64,000 nt of DNA from IMG/VR virus record IMGVR_UViG_3300044612_003086, positions 1 to 64,000 of that record. The stretch is one strand, 5' to 3'. This stretch comes from an uncultured virus (IMG/VR IMGVR_UViG_3300044612_003086) (taxonomy: Duplodnaviria > Heunggongvirae > Uroviricota > Caudoviricetes). A program made the translations under genes and the position numbers. Shown piece after piece: positions 9,402-19,415 of the stretch; position 1 is the first letter of the stretch; each line of letters begins with the position of its first letter. The notes beneath the pieces are model-generated. The model did not search any database and was not told the origin of the DNA. It was given only the letters and a program-made list of their open reading frames with translations.

Positions 9402-9731
9402 CTAGTCAGTAATGATTTCGTCTGCGTAAACGAGTTGTGTTTCGCTGACACGCCAGCCGTTCTGATGGTCCGTCCATGCGTACTTGATAAGTGCCGTCCA
9501 CTTATCTAGGTAGTCATAAATCTCATCATCGGGAATCCCATAGTCGTCAAAATACGAAGTGTCGTTCGGGTCTGGCGAGAAAGAGAAATAGACAAATGAG
9601 CGACCCTCTGGAAACTCCACTCTGCACTTGCTGCCGATGAGAATCAGACCACGAGCCTTTATTGCGAGCATGGTCAGAAAGAGCCGAATCGTAACCCATA
9701 GGGGAACGAAGAACTTATCTAGTAGGTTCAT
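9402..9731 (-). CDS. hypothetical protein
   Basis: 109 aa, overlaps upstream gene; stop inside the 11-mer. Confidence 0.6.
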   Translation of the reverse strand: MNLLDKFFVPLWVTIRLFLTMLAIKARGLILIGSKCRVEFPEGRSFVYFSFSPDPNDTSYFDDYGIPDDEIYDYLDKWTALIKYAWTDHQNGWRVSETQLVYADEIITD

Positions 9732-9957
9732 ACGCCATCTCGTTTACGTCTTTGCCGAGAAGTTGGTCTGTAGTCAGCCGAATTATTGAGCGCACAATGT
9801 CGTCACTTGTTATGCCCCACGAATCAAGAGCCCACGCCAATAAAGTTCCATTTGCTAAATCACCACAAATTGCTTCTATTGCTTGAGCCCGTGTCGTGGC
9901 AAGGAAGTAGTAGTTCTCCCACAAAATCTTGTCTAAATCTTCAGGCGTCAGAACCAT
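9715..9957 (-). CDS. hypothetical protein
   Basis: 80 aa, AAGGAG RBS. Confidence 0.65.
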   Translation of the reverse strand: MVLTPEDLDKILWENYYFLATTRAQAIEAICGDLANGTLLAWALDSWGITSDDIVRSIIRLTTDQLLGKDVNEMAYEPTR

Positions 9958-10223
9958 TTCTCTCCTTTCACGGAAACAGTAGTCCGTACCACCCCAGTTT
10001 CGGTAGCAGAAACCACGACTGGAGTCAGCACCTTGTATGCGTTTATCCAGTACTTAGACCGTTCAGCAGACCTGACCCATTTCGCCCTTTCTTCATCGGT
10101 CATGTATTCCCACTCATCGGGCATTTCATTGGTGGGGATACTCCACTCCTCAATTATTTCTTCTTCTTCGTGTTTCACAATTTGTGCGCTCGCACGGACT
10201 GTGATGTGAACATGGGCAGTCAC
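9948..10223 (-). CDS. hypothetical protein
   Basis: 91 aa; AAAGGA RBS + GTG start in the 11-mer. Confidence 0.65.
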   Translation of the reverse strand: MTAHVHITVRASAQIVKHEEEEIIEEWSIPTNEMPDEWEYMTDEERAKWVRSAERSKYWINAYKVLTPVVVSATETGVVRTTVSVKGEKWF

Positions 10224-10236
10224 TTATCTAGTCCTT

Positions 10237-10737
10237 TCAGTACCAGCAGGTAGAGCCGTCTGCCTCATCGGCAGTCCAACGAAGCCACCAAATCGCATAA
10301 CGAATCTGAGGAATCAAATCCTCACCGTTCACGATGAACTCTGGAGAATCCTGAATCTTTTCGTTCAGAAACCATTCCATTTGGTTGGCAGTTGCTCGGC
10401 AACTCTCTGGAGACTTCTCCGTACCTTCCTCATTGTCGCCATAGAAATCGTATTCGCTAATGCCAAGAGCGTCAATGAGGTAGTTCCCCCACTTACCCCG
10501 ATACCAGCACGGAGTTCCGAACATGCCGTACACAGCACCTTCGGTCATGCCACTTGCCTTGACTGCTGTCTGATACGGGCATGCGTTGCGATTAGCAGTT
10601 TCCTCACAGGAAATGCTTTCCACGAACTCACCGTCTTGTCCACGAATCGGCTGACCTTCCTTGTCCAGTCGCCTCACCATTACTGCCGTGCCTTTGGACT
10701 TGCACGGGTAGTTCTTCGGTATGTTGTCTAATCCCAT
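10237..10737 (-). CDS. hypothetical protein (MGLD-start phage family)
   Basis: 166 aa, AAGGGG RBS, promoter element at 10769-10796. Confidence 0.75.
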   Translation of the reverse strand: MGLDNIPKNYPCKSKGTAVMVRRLDKEGQPIRGQDGEFVESISCEETANRNACPYQTAVKASGMTEGAVYGMFGTPCWYRGKWGNYLIDALGISEYDFYGDNEEGTEKSPESCRATANQMEWFLNEKIQDSPEFIVNGEDLIPQIRYAIWWLRWTADEADGSTCWY

Positions 10738-11073
10738 TTTCTTCCCCTTTGGTTTAGTAGGTGATTACACGATACATGTGTACGAGCAGACTTATCTAGT
10801 AATCCTTTCCACCACCGTCAAACAGTTAGAGCCAGCAAACGACATTCCCCCGACACGCCCGAACTTTGCGCACTTTTCCCCGACCACCCCCGTTGCTCGC
10901 AAAAAAATCCATTTTTTATCACTTCCCGTGTGAGCCCCGGCTCATGGTCGGGGCGCGGGGCTTCCATCGTCGGAAGCGAACTTATCTAGTAAGTATTCGG
11001 GTCGGCACTTATCTAGTAAGTATCCAGCCAGCCCGACCCACCGTTGGCAAGTGGGTCAGACTGACTAGATAAG

Positions 11074-11385
11074 TCACTCGGCTTCGGCGATACCAGCCCT
11101 GCCCTCGTAGCCACGAACAGCGTTAGAGATTTGCCCGTAATAGTCACCGTTCTCGCAGTACCAGCCTTCGGGTCGTGCGATGAGTGTCCACACCACGAAC
11201 GGCGAGTAGGTGTCGTTCGGCAAGTGGCACAGCACTGTCCACGAAGCGTACAGACCGTCACCAGCGACATTACGCAAGTGATACGCAAGCACCAAACCGT
11301 CATTGGCGTTAGTAAGCACCAGCCCCACTTTGGGGGCTGGTGACTTATCTAGTGAGTTGATGTGGTGAATAGTTGCTTCACTCAT
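11074..11385 (-). CDS. hypothetical protein
   Basis: ATG overlapping the end of the upstream gene. Confidence 0.6.
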   Translation of the reverse strand: MSEATIHHINSLDKSPAPKVGLVLTNANDGLVLAYHLRNVAGDGLYASWTVLCHLPNDTYSPFVVWTLIARPEGWYCENGDYYGQISNAVRGYEGRAGIAEAE

Positions 11386-11848
11386 TGGGAAGTTCACCGT
11401 TGGCGAAGTAGTTATCCATTTGCTCATCGGTCATACCGATTACCTTTGGTGCGAAGTTCTCATCATCGCTCGCCCAGTCGGTGAGCCAATTTGCGTACTC
11501 ACCGTCAGTGCGAACGGTCTTGACGAGATTTGCGAATTGCTCACTCCATACGAACGCAGGAACATCGTGGTTCTCTCCGTCATACTCGCCCTGCTCGTTG
11601 AGCGCACCGATTACCACGCAGTCACCTGCCAGTGGTCTGCCGAACAGTGCCGAAGCGACTGCGTTCATTGGCAAGCCGATGAGCAAGCCTTCATCGTTGA
11701 TGTAACCAACAATGCCCAAGTTTCCCTCGTTCACGCTGTCAAACCAACCACCTACGATTTCGTTGATGGCGATGTGAGCCGTGTCCTCGTCAAGAAAGAG
11801 TGGCAAGCACTCTCCCTCGCTTGTGATGTGTAATGCCTTTGTTGCCAT
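11378..11848 (-). CDS. DUF3846-like protein
   Basis: EIVGGWFDSV...YINDEGLLIGLPMN...LAGDCVVIG pattern. Confidence 0.75.
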   Translation of the reverse strand: MATKALHITSEGECLPLFLDEDTAHIAINEIVGGWFDSVNEGNLGIVGYINDEGLLIGLPMNAVASALFGRPLAGDCVVIGALNEQGEYDGENHDVPAFVWSEQFANLVKTVRTDGEYANWLTDWASDDENFAPKVIGMTDEQMDNYFANGELPNE

Positions 11849-11943
11849 TGTTCTACCCCCTTCGGGTCTAGGTATTTATTACGATTTCATCGTAATAGTG
11901 GGTGGGCAGACTTATCTAGTAAGTCCACCCACCCACTGAACGA

Positions 11944-12354
11944 CTAAGCGACTTTGCTCGCCTTGCTTGCTGGCTTGACTGCGCCCTTCGCTGGCTTCAC
12001 CAGCACTCGGACATAGTTCGTGATTTCCACGACTGACTTGATTACCTTGTTTGGTATTTCGCCCTTGTCCACTGCGCTATCCCACGCCTTCGTGTCCACG
12101 CTTGGCTTCGTCACCTTACGGAACAGAGCAGGACTGACTGACTTGCGCAACTTATCTAGTGAGAAAGACCTGCGCTCGCTCGGCGTGACCGAGAGAGTGA
12201 TTTCGTCTTGCGTGAAGTCGTTGATGCCGTTCTCGGCGAACACTGCGACAAGAGTTTCTCTTGCCACTTCGTGCGCCTGCTCGGCTTGTTCTTTCGCTGT
12301 GAGAGCGTTTAGGAACGCTTCCACTGCTTGCTTGACTTGGGTTTCTGTAGCCAT
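11944..12354 (-). CDS. hypothetical protein
   Basis: AAGGAG RBS before MATETQ; promoter element at 12395-12422. Confidence 0.75.
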   Translation of the reverse strand: MATETQVKQAVEAFLNALTAKEQAEQAHEVARETLVAVFAENGINDFTQDEITLSVTPSERRSFSLDKLRKSVSPALFRKVTKPSVDTKAWDSAVDKGEIPNKVIKSVVEITNYVRVLVKPAKGAVKPASKASKVA

Positions 12355-12721
12355 TGGTTTAGTCTCCTTTGTGTTGGGTGGTGGCTTGCGCACCACCCTA
12401 CACCCGTGAGAGCAGATTTACCAACATCGCTAGACAGATTTCTGAACTTGCCCCCGACACGCCCGATTTCCACTTGCCCCCGACCACCCCGTGCGCCCAT
12501 TATTCTTGCCCTATGCGCCCTTTCCTTGTAAGCCCCGGCAGCCAGCCCTTCCAACGGGGCTCAGAAGGTTGGATAGAGGAAAGGCTGGCACTTATCTATG
12601 AAATGACAGCCGAAGCGAACAGACTGATAGCAATAGCCGAAGCAAGCAACGCCGAAGCGAAAGCCCTGCTCGCTCGTAGTCGCTTCTCGCTCGTCAGGGA
12701 CTTATCTAGTTAGATAAGTGA

Positions 12722-12757
12722 AACGGGTGGCTCACCATTTCTGGCAAGCCACCCGTT
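12722..12757 (-). terminator. hairpin, probable intrinsic terminator
   Basis: AACGGGTGGCT...AGCCACCCGTT inverted repeat downstream of 12786-13211. Confidence 0.55.
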
Positions 12758-12785
12758 ACTTTCGGTGGTTTAGTGGGAAAGGGGG

Positions 12786-13211
12786 TTAGAGATACTTCGC
12801 CACCGAGTTGTAGGTGCTTGCGCTCACCAACTGCTCGTCTGTGAGTTTCAGCACACGAATTGCCTGTGAGATTTCCTCTTTTTCACGCTTGAACTCGTGT
12901 TCGCTGTAACCCGTAGGGCGTTCAGGCTCGGCTGGGAGTGCGCCTGCTGGAAGCAGAACGCTGACGCTGAACGATACTTTGCCCTTGTGCTTGCGGTCAC
13001 GGGAGTACCAATAGTTCTTGCTGGCTTCCTCAATTTCGCCTTTTCCTGCTTTGATGAGTTTCAGGACAGCGAGGTTGTACGCCTCAACTGCCTTTTCGTA
13101 GGCAAGTTCCTCTTTCTCTTGGTTCTTGTACCGAGCCTCACGCTCGGCAAGAGCCTTCTCTAAGTGAGAGATGAGAACACTCACCTTCACCTTGACTTTG
13201 ACTGTGGACAT
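12786..13211 (-). CDS. hypothetical protein
   Basis: AAGGAG RBS before MSTVKVK; promoter element at 13258-13285. Confidence 0.75.
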   Translation of the reverse strand: MSTVKVKVKVSVLISHLEKALAEREARYKNQEKEELAYEKAVEAYNLAVLKLIKAGKGEIEEASKNYWYSRDRKHKGKVSFSVSVLLPAGALPAEPERPTGYSEHEFKREKEEISQAIRVLKLTDEQLVSASTYNSVAKYL

Positions 13212-13534
13212 TATTGCTCTCCTTGTTCGGGGTCTAGTTGGTATCCGAACACCACCCACGCTACGAACACGACAGCAGACTTATCTCCACTTATCTAGTC
13301 AGTTCAGTTTCCTTTCCACCACCGTCAATAAGTTGAGGACAGATGTTGGTCGCCGTTTCTTTCAGCGCAAACTTTCGCCCGACCACCCCGAAGCGCACTC
13401 ACTTCGCTTCACTCGCCTGCTTACCGTGTAAGCCCCGTGGTTTTTTGTTTTATTGAGCGAAGCGGGGCTCAAACCGTTGAGTGAGTGTTTGGCAACTTAT
13501 CTAGTGAGTGTGTGTGGACTTCGGACTTATCTAG

Positions 13535-13834
13535 TTAGTTATCGTCTATCGGCAGGTCTATCGCCTGTCCTGCGTGTATAGTCGTGCCGTACTTATCTAC
13601 TAAGTAATCGGCAACCTGCGTGATTTCGCCAGTACACTCTGTCTCTGCGATACTCCATAGCGTGTCACCCTCTCTAACGATTATCGTTGCTTCCGAGCAA
13701 GCGTAATCGGGCTGATTTGCTGTGTGAGTGGCAAGCAACGCAATGATAATAACTGCGATTATTGCGAACGCTCTGAACTTACGAGCAAGCATACGGTAGT
13801 GCTGGTCATACTTATCTAGTTCATTATTTCTCAT
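13535..13834 (-). CDS. membrane-anchored LysM domain protein
   Basis: TM segment then IIVREGDTLWSIA...IHAGQAIDLP. Confidence 0.8.
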   Translation of the reverse strand: MRNNELDKYDQHYRMLARKFRAFAIIAVIIIALLATHTANQPDYACSEATIIVREGDTLWSIAETECTGEITQVADYLVDKYGTTIHAGQAIDLPIDDN

Positions 13835-14095
13835 CAGTAACCCCCTGTATTTGGTTTCTCCAACTCTAACTCGTATCGGGCAGATTTATCTGACTTTCTC
13901 CCGACCACCCCGACGCTCCAATAAACGCAATAAACGCAACGCTACGCAGGGAGCCCCGGCTCCTCGCAGGCCGTGCTCGCCACCATGCTCGCAGGACTTA
14001 TCTAGTTAGATAGATAAGTGTCGGCAATGGAATAAGCCCGACACACTCTCGCAAGTATGTCGGGCTCGTCCGTGTCGGATGAGACGTGCTAGGTA

Positions 14096-14392
14096 CTACT
14101 CGTTATCCTCGCCGTACAGTTCCAAGTGTGCTTGCCAGTCAATGAATTGGCTTAGGTGCAATCCCTCTACAAGCGCATGAGTTGGGCAGGTTGCCTGCCC
14201 ACGCCATAGGATGCCTGCAGGCAGGTCAATCTCCACGTCCCAGTCGGCTTGCTGTGCGTTTGCGATTGCAACCTTGCACGGCTCCACCATGACGGCTGGA
14301 ATTGCTGGATAGTGATTGCTTGCTAGGTGCCAGCGAAGTGCAGTATCCATGTCTGCCACTTCTAGCATCCCTTCTAGTGAGTATCGTCCCAT
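14096..14392 (-). CDS. hypothetical protein
   Basis: 98 aa, AGGGGG RBS, promoter element at 14432-14459. Confidence 0.7.
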   Translation of the reverse strand: MGRYSLEGMLEVADMDTALRWHLASNHYPAIPAVMVEPCKVAIANAQQADWDVEIDLPAGILWRGQATCPTHALVEGLHLSQFIDWQAHLELYGEDNE

Positions 14393-14462
14393 TAGTAACC
14401 CCCTGTGTGTTGTGTGATTAGGACAAGTACCACGATAGTACCTGCCGTGCAGACTTATCTAG

Positions 14463-14744
14463 TTAGTCTGGCAGTCCGTAATAAGTCTCGTACTGTGGCT
14501 CGCATACTGCCTGCCAGCAATCGTTGCACCATTCACGCTCGCCATCCTCGTCTATGCGCCAGTACGTGATTAGCGACATACCTTCACGCCAACCTATCTC
14601 CGTACTGCAACGCTCGCAGGTACGTTCACCTACTCGCAAGTCTTTACCCTCGTAGTCGGCGTAGTTCAGTTCGCTGATAAGTACGGGCTCGTATTCAGGG
14701 ATACGTGTTATCCAGTTATCCAGTGCCTGTGTATCTAGTCTCAT
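14463..14744 (-). CDS. hypothetical Zn-finger-like protein
   Basis: CERC...CNDC; GAGG RBS. Confidence 0.65.
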   Translation of the reverse strand: MRLDTQALDNWITRIPEYEPVLISELNYADYEGKDLRVGERTCERCSTEIGWREGMSLITYWRIDEDGEREWCNDCWQAVCEPQYETYYGLPD

Positions 14745-15195
14745 AACTCTTACCTCGCTTAGTGATTGGATTAGTTCCTACTGATTACGGTATGGCGCAG
14801 TGGGCAGACTTATCTAATTAGTTCCACCCTCACTCTCGGCACTTGCCCCCGACCACCCCGACGCTCCACACCTGCTCGCTTGCGTTGGAAGCCCCGGGTT
14901 TCGCCGACTTCTGCGGGGCTTACAAGGTGCGAGCCGTTGGCTGGCATACGGGTATGTCGGGGGGAAGTTCGGCTCTTGCTCGGAGTGACTTCGTGGCTAG
15001 CGCACACGGCTATCGCCGTGCTTGCTCTCGGAGTGAACGCCTGACCGTCACGGTGGAGTTCGGTGCTTGCGTGAACTGACTAGATAAGTCGTATCGCTTG
15101 CGTGACGATGAACTAACTAGATAAGTCCATAAACGACTAAGCCCACCACGCAGGGGGTGCGTGGTGGGCTAGTCGGCTTGACCGAACGAACTTAT

Positions 15196-15636
15196 CTAGT
15201 TCGTATTCTTTCGTGCCTTGGCGAACAAGTTGTGTACTGCGTCAGCGAGCGAGCCTCTCGCTTGACCTTCATCGGTAACAACGCTGTCTGGCTCATCGGA
15301 GAAACGAAGCACACTCGCCACACTTTGACGGCTTGCCAAGACGAACAAGCGAACACGCCTACGCTGTGGGTGCTGGCTCGGTGCTACTTCCTCATCATCG
15401 TCATCGGTGATAGGTGAAGCCCAACCACAAGTGACCAATGCGATGAAGTCCGAAGCATTGGCTACTGCCACGCTTTCGTCACTTTCTAGGAGTTCATACA
15501 CATCGCCGTGTGTTCCAGCAATAGCGTACTCGCCGTACTTCGTGACGGAGTAAAGTTGGGCTTGACTAATCTCATAGCCAAGTTTGGTGTCGTTGAGACT
15601 TTGCTCAACTTCGGTGGCTAGGTCTATGGCTTTCAT
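15196..15636 (-). CDS. hypothetical protein
   Basis: AAGGGG RBS before MKAIDL; stop inside the 11-mer. Confidence 0.7.
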   Translation of the reverse strand: MKAIDLATEVEQSLNDTKLGYEISQAQLYSVTKYGEYAIAGTHGDVYELLESDESVAVANASDFIALVTCGWASPITDDDDEEVAPSQHPQRRRVRLFVLASRQSVASVLRFSDEPDSVVTDEGQARGSLADAVHNLFAKARKNTN

Positions 15637-16146
15637 TGAGTTCCCCTTTCGTGGGATTAGTAGATACTCATACGATAACGGTGGGTGGGCAGACTTATCT
15701 AGTGAGTTCACACTTATCTAGTTATTCCACACGCCACGAAGCCATTGACCGTTTGCGTTGCCTGCCACTTCCACCCGACCTACCCGTTGCGCCACGCCCA
15801 CCCCACCCCCCCGACGCTGGAAGCCCCGCAGGGGCTGACGCCCCCCGGGGCTCCCAAAGGGAGCGAGGGCTGGGTGGTCACGGGGTAGTCGGCGCGAAGT
15901 TCGCTTTCGGTTGCTCTCTCGTGGTCTATGCTTCGCTTCGTGGTGGGCAACATACGGCTCGTTGCGAGTGGGGCTTCTTATCCTTTCTGACCCTACCCTG
16001 CTCAACCGTAATGGGTCTTTCGCTCGTAACGGAGTGGTTTACCGAGACAGCCGAGACTGCTCACCACAACTAACTAGATAAGTGACTAGATAAGTGGGGG
16101 CGTGGTCTTATCTAGTCAGTCATAGAACTAACTAGATAAGTGTCGC

Positions 16147-16449
16147 TCACTCGCTCTCGCAAGCACCACACAGAATGTCAGCACCTGCCCAGTCACCGAC
16201 ATAAGTACCGTGCTTGCAGTACAGGCTTTCCTCGTAGTCGTGTTGCAAGCGCACACGGGCTTCGTAGTTCGCTTCGTACTCGTCATAGTGCTTGTCACAA
16301 CGGGCGAACATAATCGCCGTGCCGTTGCTACGGAAACGCATGGGCAACGCATAGCGAAACTCAACGACACCTTCGCACGGGCTATTTGGGTGTTCGCCGA
16401 GACAGTCAAGGTGAGTGAGTTCAGGCGTGGTTACTTCGTGTTCGCTCAT
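16147..16449 (-). CDS. hypothetical Cys-rich protein
   Basis: 100 aa, AAGGAG RBS, TAATG coupling with the upstream gene. Confidence 0.65.
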   Translation of the reverse strand: MSEHEVTTPELTHLDCLGEHPNSPCEGVVEFRYALPMRFRSNGTAIMFARCDKHYDEYEANYEARVRLQHDYEESLYCKHGTYVGDWAGADILCGACESE

Positions 16450-16772
16450 TAGTAGTCGTCTCCTTCGTATGGGTTGTCGTCATAATTTGGCTCGCTGTAA
16501 TAATCTGCGTACCTATCCTCATACGCTTTGATAATTGGTGCTTCCTCGTTCCAATGCGAGTAGTCGCTAAGTGATGAATGACGCTCATTACTACGACCAC
16601 TGCTTTGCTTGCGCTCCTCGTAGTAGCACTTCTCGCACCACAGGTTGTCGTGCTTGTCCACAATGAAACCAAACGGCAAATCAGTTCGCTCATTCAGTTC
16701 TGACCAGTTTGCAGGCTCGTCACAATGCACACACTCGGTCATGCAGGTATCGGCTTCGTATTCAGTACTCAT
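16449..16772 (-). CDS. hypothetical Zn-finger-like protein
   Basis: CVHC...CEKC; AAGGGG RBS. Confidence 0.65.
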   Translation of the reverse strand: MSTEYEADTCMTECVHCDEPANWSELNERTDLPFGFIVDKHDNLWCEKCYYEERKQSSGRSNERHSSLSDYSHWNEEAPIIKAYEDRYADYYSEPNYDDNPYEGDDY

Positions 16773-16832
16773 AGTTCCCCTTTCGTTGGTACTGGTAATG
16801 GTATCGGCGTGTTGGCAGACTTATCTAGTTAG

Positions 16833-17315
16833 TTAGACACGCTTGGCGCACACGCTCCCGATACCTGCTCGCACGGACTTCTCGTTCGTTAGGTCTGCTC
16901 CACACACACAGCACACACCTGCGAGTGCCCCTATCTCTTGCGCTTGCTCAATGGTCATACGGTCACTTGCAGATAGTTCGTAAATAGCACCTGCTTCGTA
17001 CACGAAACGCTCGGACTTCGTGCTTGCTTCGGGAACGAAACGCATAGCGTAGAAACTTCCACGCTTGGACTGCTTCACACGAAACACACCTTGCGAATTG
17101 CGATACATACCGACTTCAGTTACAGGGTTCACACTTGCTCGCTTACCTGACTTGTCTTGCTCTATCTGTCGCAATACTGCCGAGAGTTGCTTCTCGGTAA
17201 TCACTCCGTGTCGCTCCCAGTAATTGAGAACGCTCGCAAGAAATTGGCTCTTATGCGAATTAGCAACAAGGTAATCCCTTGCTCTATCTGTATCGGTTGT
17301 TGGCACTTGGCTCAT
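16833..17315 (-). CDS. DUF6011-like Zn-ribbon protein
   Basis: C-terminal CCVCGADLTNEKSVRAGIGSVC. Confidence 0.75.
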   Translation of the reverse strand: MSQVPTTDTDRARDYLVANSHKSQFLASVLNYWERHGVITEKQLSAVLRQIEQDKSGKRASVNPVTEVGMYRNSQGVFRVKQSKRGSFYAMRFVPEASTKSERFVYEAGAIYELSASDRMTIEQAQEIGALAGVCCVCGADLTNEKSVRAGIGSVCAKRV

Positions 17316-17654
17316 CAGTATCCCTTTCGTAGTATCCCTGTAATCAGCATAACCCACATCACGCAGACTTATCTAGTATCTATTTACGCTTGCTCGCTCG
17401 CTGGACTTATCTAGTAAGTTCACGCCACCTTCACCTTGCGCCCTTCGCCTTCTCTCCCAGTCGCACTTCTCGCCCGACCCCACCCGACCCACCCACTTGC
17501 GCCCGACCCACCCGTTGCGCCTTCACTTCTCCCCCGACCCACCCCGTGTGGGAGCCCCGCTACCCGACCGGTCTTCCGGGTGACCTGACCGGTTTATACC
17601 GGGGCTTCTGTGGGCCATGGCCCGCAGGGGACTGAACCCCTGCGAGCTGCTGGC

Positions 17655-17879
17655 TCAGCGAGCCTTGGCCTTCCGGCGTGTGTCGCTGTCGAGATACCAC
17701 CACAGCGAGCCATCGCTGTAGCCGAGCTGCTCAAGCTCTGCAGCAACTAAAGCCGAATTGGCCCGATGCCGCTGCAGCTCTTCGTCACCATCGCCGACTT
17801 GTGTCGGGCAGAAAATGATTGCTCGAAGGATTGCCTCTTTCTGAGCTTCTGTCAGCCTCCACACAATCTCTCTTTTCAC
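17655..17879 (-). CDS. hypothetical protein
   Basis: AAGGGG RBS; promoter element at 17915-17942. Confidence 0.55.
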   Translation of the reverse strand: MKREIVWRLTEAQKEAILRAIIFCPTQVGDGDEELQRHRANSALVAAELEQLGYSDGSLWWYLDSDTRRKAKAR

Positions 17880-18114
17880 ATTGTCCCCTTTCGTTCGTGG
17901 CTTGCGCCAAGCGAAGCCTAGTAACAGGAGGGCAGAGTTATCTCGCGCGCAGCAGGAGCCCCGTGTTTTGTGTCTCGGTTATTCTCAACGGGGCTTCTTT
18001 GATGCGAGGAATGTTTTTCGCATCGGGGTGGTCGGCAAAAAGTTTGGCTGTTGTTGGAATGATGTTTGCTCTCGCTACGATGTTTGCAACCTACTAGAAA
18101 CGGAGAAATTGATA

Positions 18115-18534
18115 ATGACCAAAACCACGACTTCGCTAATTGGAAAGCGTATTCGTCTTGTCCGAACGAATGACCCGTACACGAAACTTGTTGCTGGCGA
18201 CCTCGGAGTGATTACGAATGTGCGTGACGATTTATGGGGCGCCAGCATCGTGAGTGTTGATTGGGATAGTGGAAGCAGTCTCTCGCTAATTGAGGGTGAG
18301 GATTCTTTCACGATTATTAGTGAGCGTGAACAATTCGCAACAGCGTTAGAGAACTTCGTGCAATCCACACTGGAACTCTCGCTCGCTTGGGAGCGTCTTG
18401 ACGAACAATTCGCCGAGTATCTGAACACTTTGGACTGGGGTTTCACTTCATCGCTTGATGAGTATGTCCACGAACTCTCGCATCTGCGCCACAAGGTGCT
18501 GGACGCTATTCGTCAGTCTGCCAAAGAGAACTAG
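18115..18534 (+). CDS. DUF4314 domain protein
   Basis: GKRIRLVRTNDPY...GDLGVI...VDWDSGSSLSLIEGED; GGAG RBS; stop inside the 11-mer. Confidence 0.8.
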   Translation: MTKTTTSLIGKRIRLVRTNDPYTKLVAGDLGVITNVRDDLWGASIVSVDWDSGSSLSLIEGEDSFTIISEREQFATALENFVQSTLELSLAWERLDEQFAEYLNTLDWGFTSSLDEYVHELSHLRHKVLDAIRQSAKEN

Positions 18535-18556
18535 ATAAGTCGGCAGAACAATAGTT

Positions 18557-18582
18557 CTCCCCCCGATTTCTCGGGGGGAGAG
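18557..18582. terminator. hairpin between convergent genes
   Basis: TCTCCCCCCGA-TTTC-TCGGGGGGAGA flanked by two 11-mers. Confidence 0.65.
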
Positions 18583-18596
18583 ACTAACTAGATAAG

Positions 18597-19058
18597 TCAG
18601 TCACCAGAGTAATTTTTGGACTCTGTGGTTTCTCCATCTAGACCACACTTGGAGCACTTGTGGTAGTTCGTTGCCGAAAAAGTGCCCAACACCGTGTTGT
18701 AGTGATGGACGATGAAGCCGACTTGTTGCCAATTGTGACCAAGCAATGCTTGGCGTAGCCAGTAGTTCTTATCGGAGTATTTCCGATAGAGCCGACCTAC
18801 ATACCACAATTGCTTTTGACTTAGTTCGCCTTTCTTGGCGTACTGGTCGGCAAGGCTTTTGACGAACTCAGCGTCATTCCCCTCTATCGTTGAGAGACGA
18901 ACCAATTGCTCATCAAGTGTCGCTGACTGTGACCAAGCCTCTGGCGCTTCCACAGCGTGGCAATAGGTGTGTCTTGCCGAACGGCGTTGCTCGCTCGCTT
19001 GGTCGGAAAGGTCGGCAGGAATTTCCCCCGACCATCTGTCTGTAATGGTGCTCATCAT
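18597..19058 (-). CDS. hypothetical protein
   Basis: 153 aa; shares F-x-x-S-(L/V)...G-x-(L/I)-(S/T)-x-KQL segment with 16833-17315; C-terminal CSKC. Confidence 0.65.
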   Translation of the reverse strand: MMSTITDRWSGEIPADLSDQASEQRRSARHTYCHAVEAPEAWSQSATLDEQLVRLSTIEGNDAEFVKSLADQYAKKGELSQKQLWYVGRLYRKYSDKNYWLRQALLGHNWQQVGFIVHHYNTVLGTFSATNYHKCSKCGLDGETTESKNYSGD

Positions 19059-19415
19059 GCTCCCCCTCTGGGGGAGACCATCTCCCCCGACAGAACCATC
19101 GTACCCAATGTGGGGCAGACTTATCTAGTCAGTTTAGATTTTGCTCACACTTATCTAGTCGGTTCATGGAACGACACGACACCGACAAAAGAACAGACAG
19201 AGAGAGCAGGTGCTCGGTCGGCAGACTTGCCCCCGACCCACCCGAACAGAAGGCGCAGCACACACTGTGTGAGCCCCGGCTAGGAACGCTTGCAGCGAAA
19301 GCTGCGGGGCTTACAGCGTTTTGGTGGCTGTCGAAACAGCCATGCCATCGGGGTAGTCGGCAGAAAGTGGAAAAAAGATTTGCTTTTTTATTGCAGTACC
19401 AGTAATGTGAAGAAC

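Larger units (their letters stand above)
466..13327 (-). repeat. dispersed 14-bp motif TTCCACCACCGTCA (TGACGGTGGTGGAA on minus strand)
   Basis: Exact copies at 466, 1218, 2387, 6500, 9211, 10807, 13314; partial copy at 1898; same orientation, at or between gene boundaries. Confidence 0.9.

Noticed and set aside
17618..17644. GCAGGGG-TTCAGT-CCCCTGC-GGGCCA resembling a tRNA 3' end or att site
   Set aside because: There is no matching 5' half; it is better explained as a hairpin after 17655-17879.
18546..18557. GAAC-N4-GTTC as a second LexA box
   Set aside because: It lacks the flanking C/G and lies between convergent genes, not at a promoter.
9336..19311. AGCCCCG...CGGGGCT junctions as integron attC sites
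   Set aside because: There are no RYYYAAC/GTTRRRY cores, spacers are not consistently self-complementary, the genes carry their own promoters, and no integron integrase is visible.
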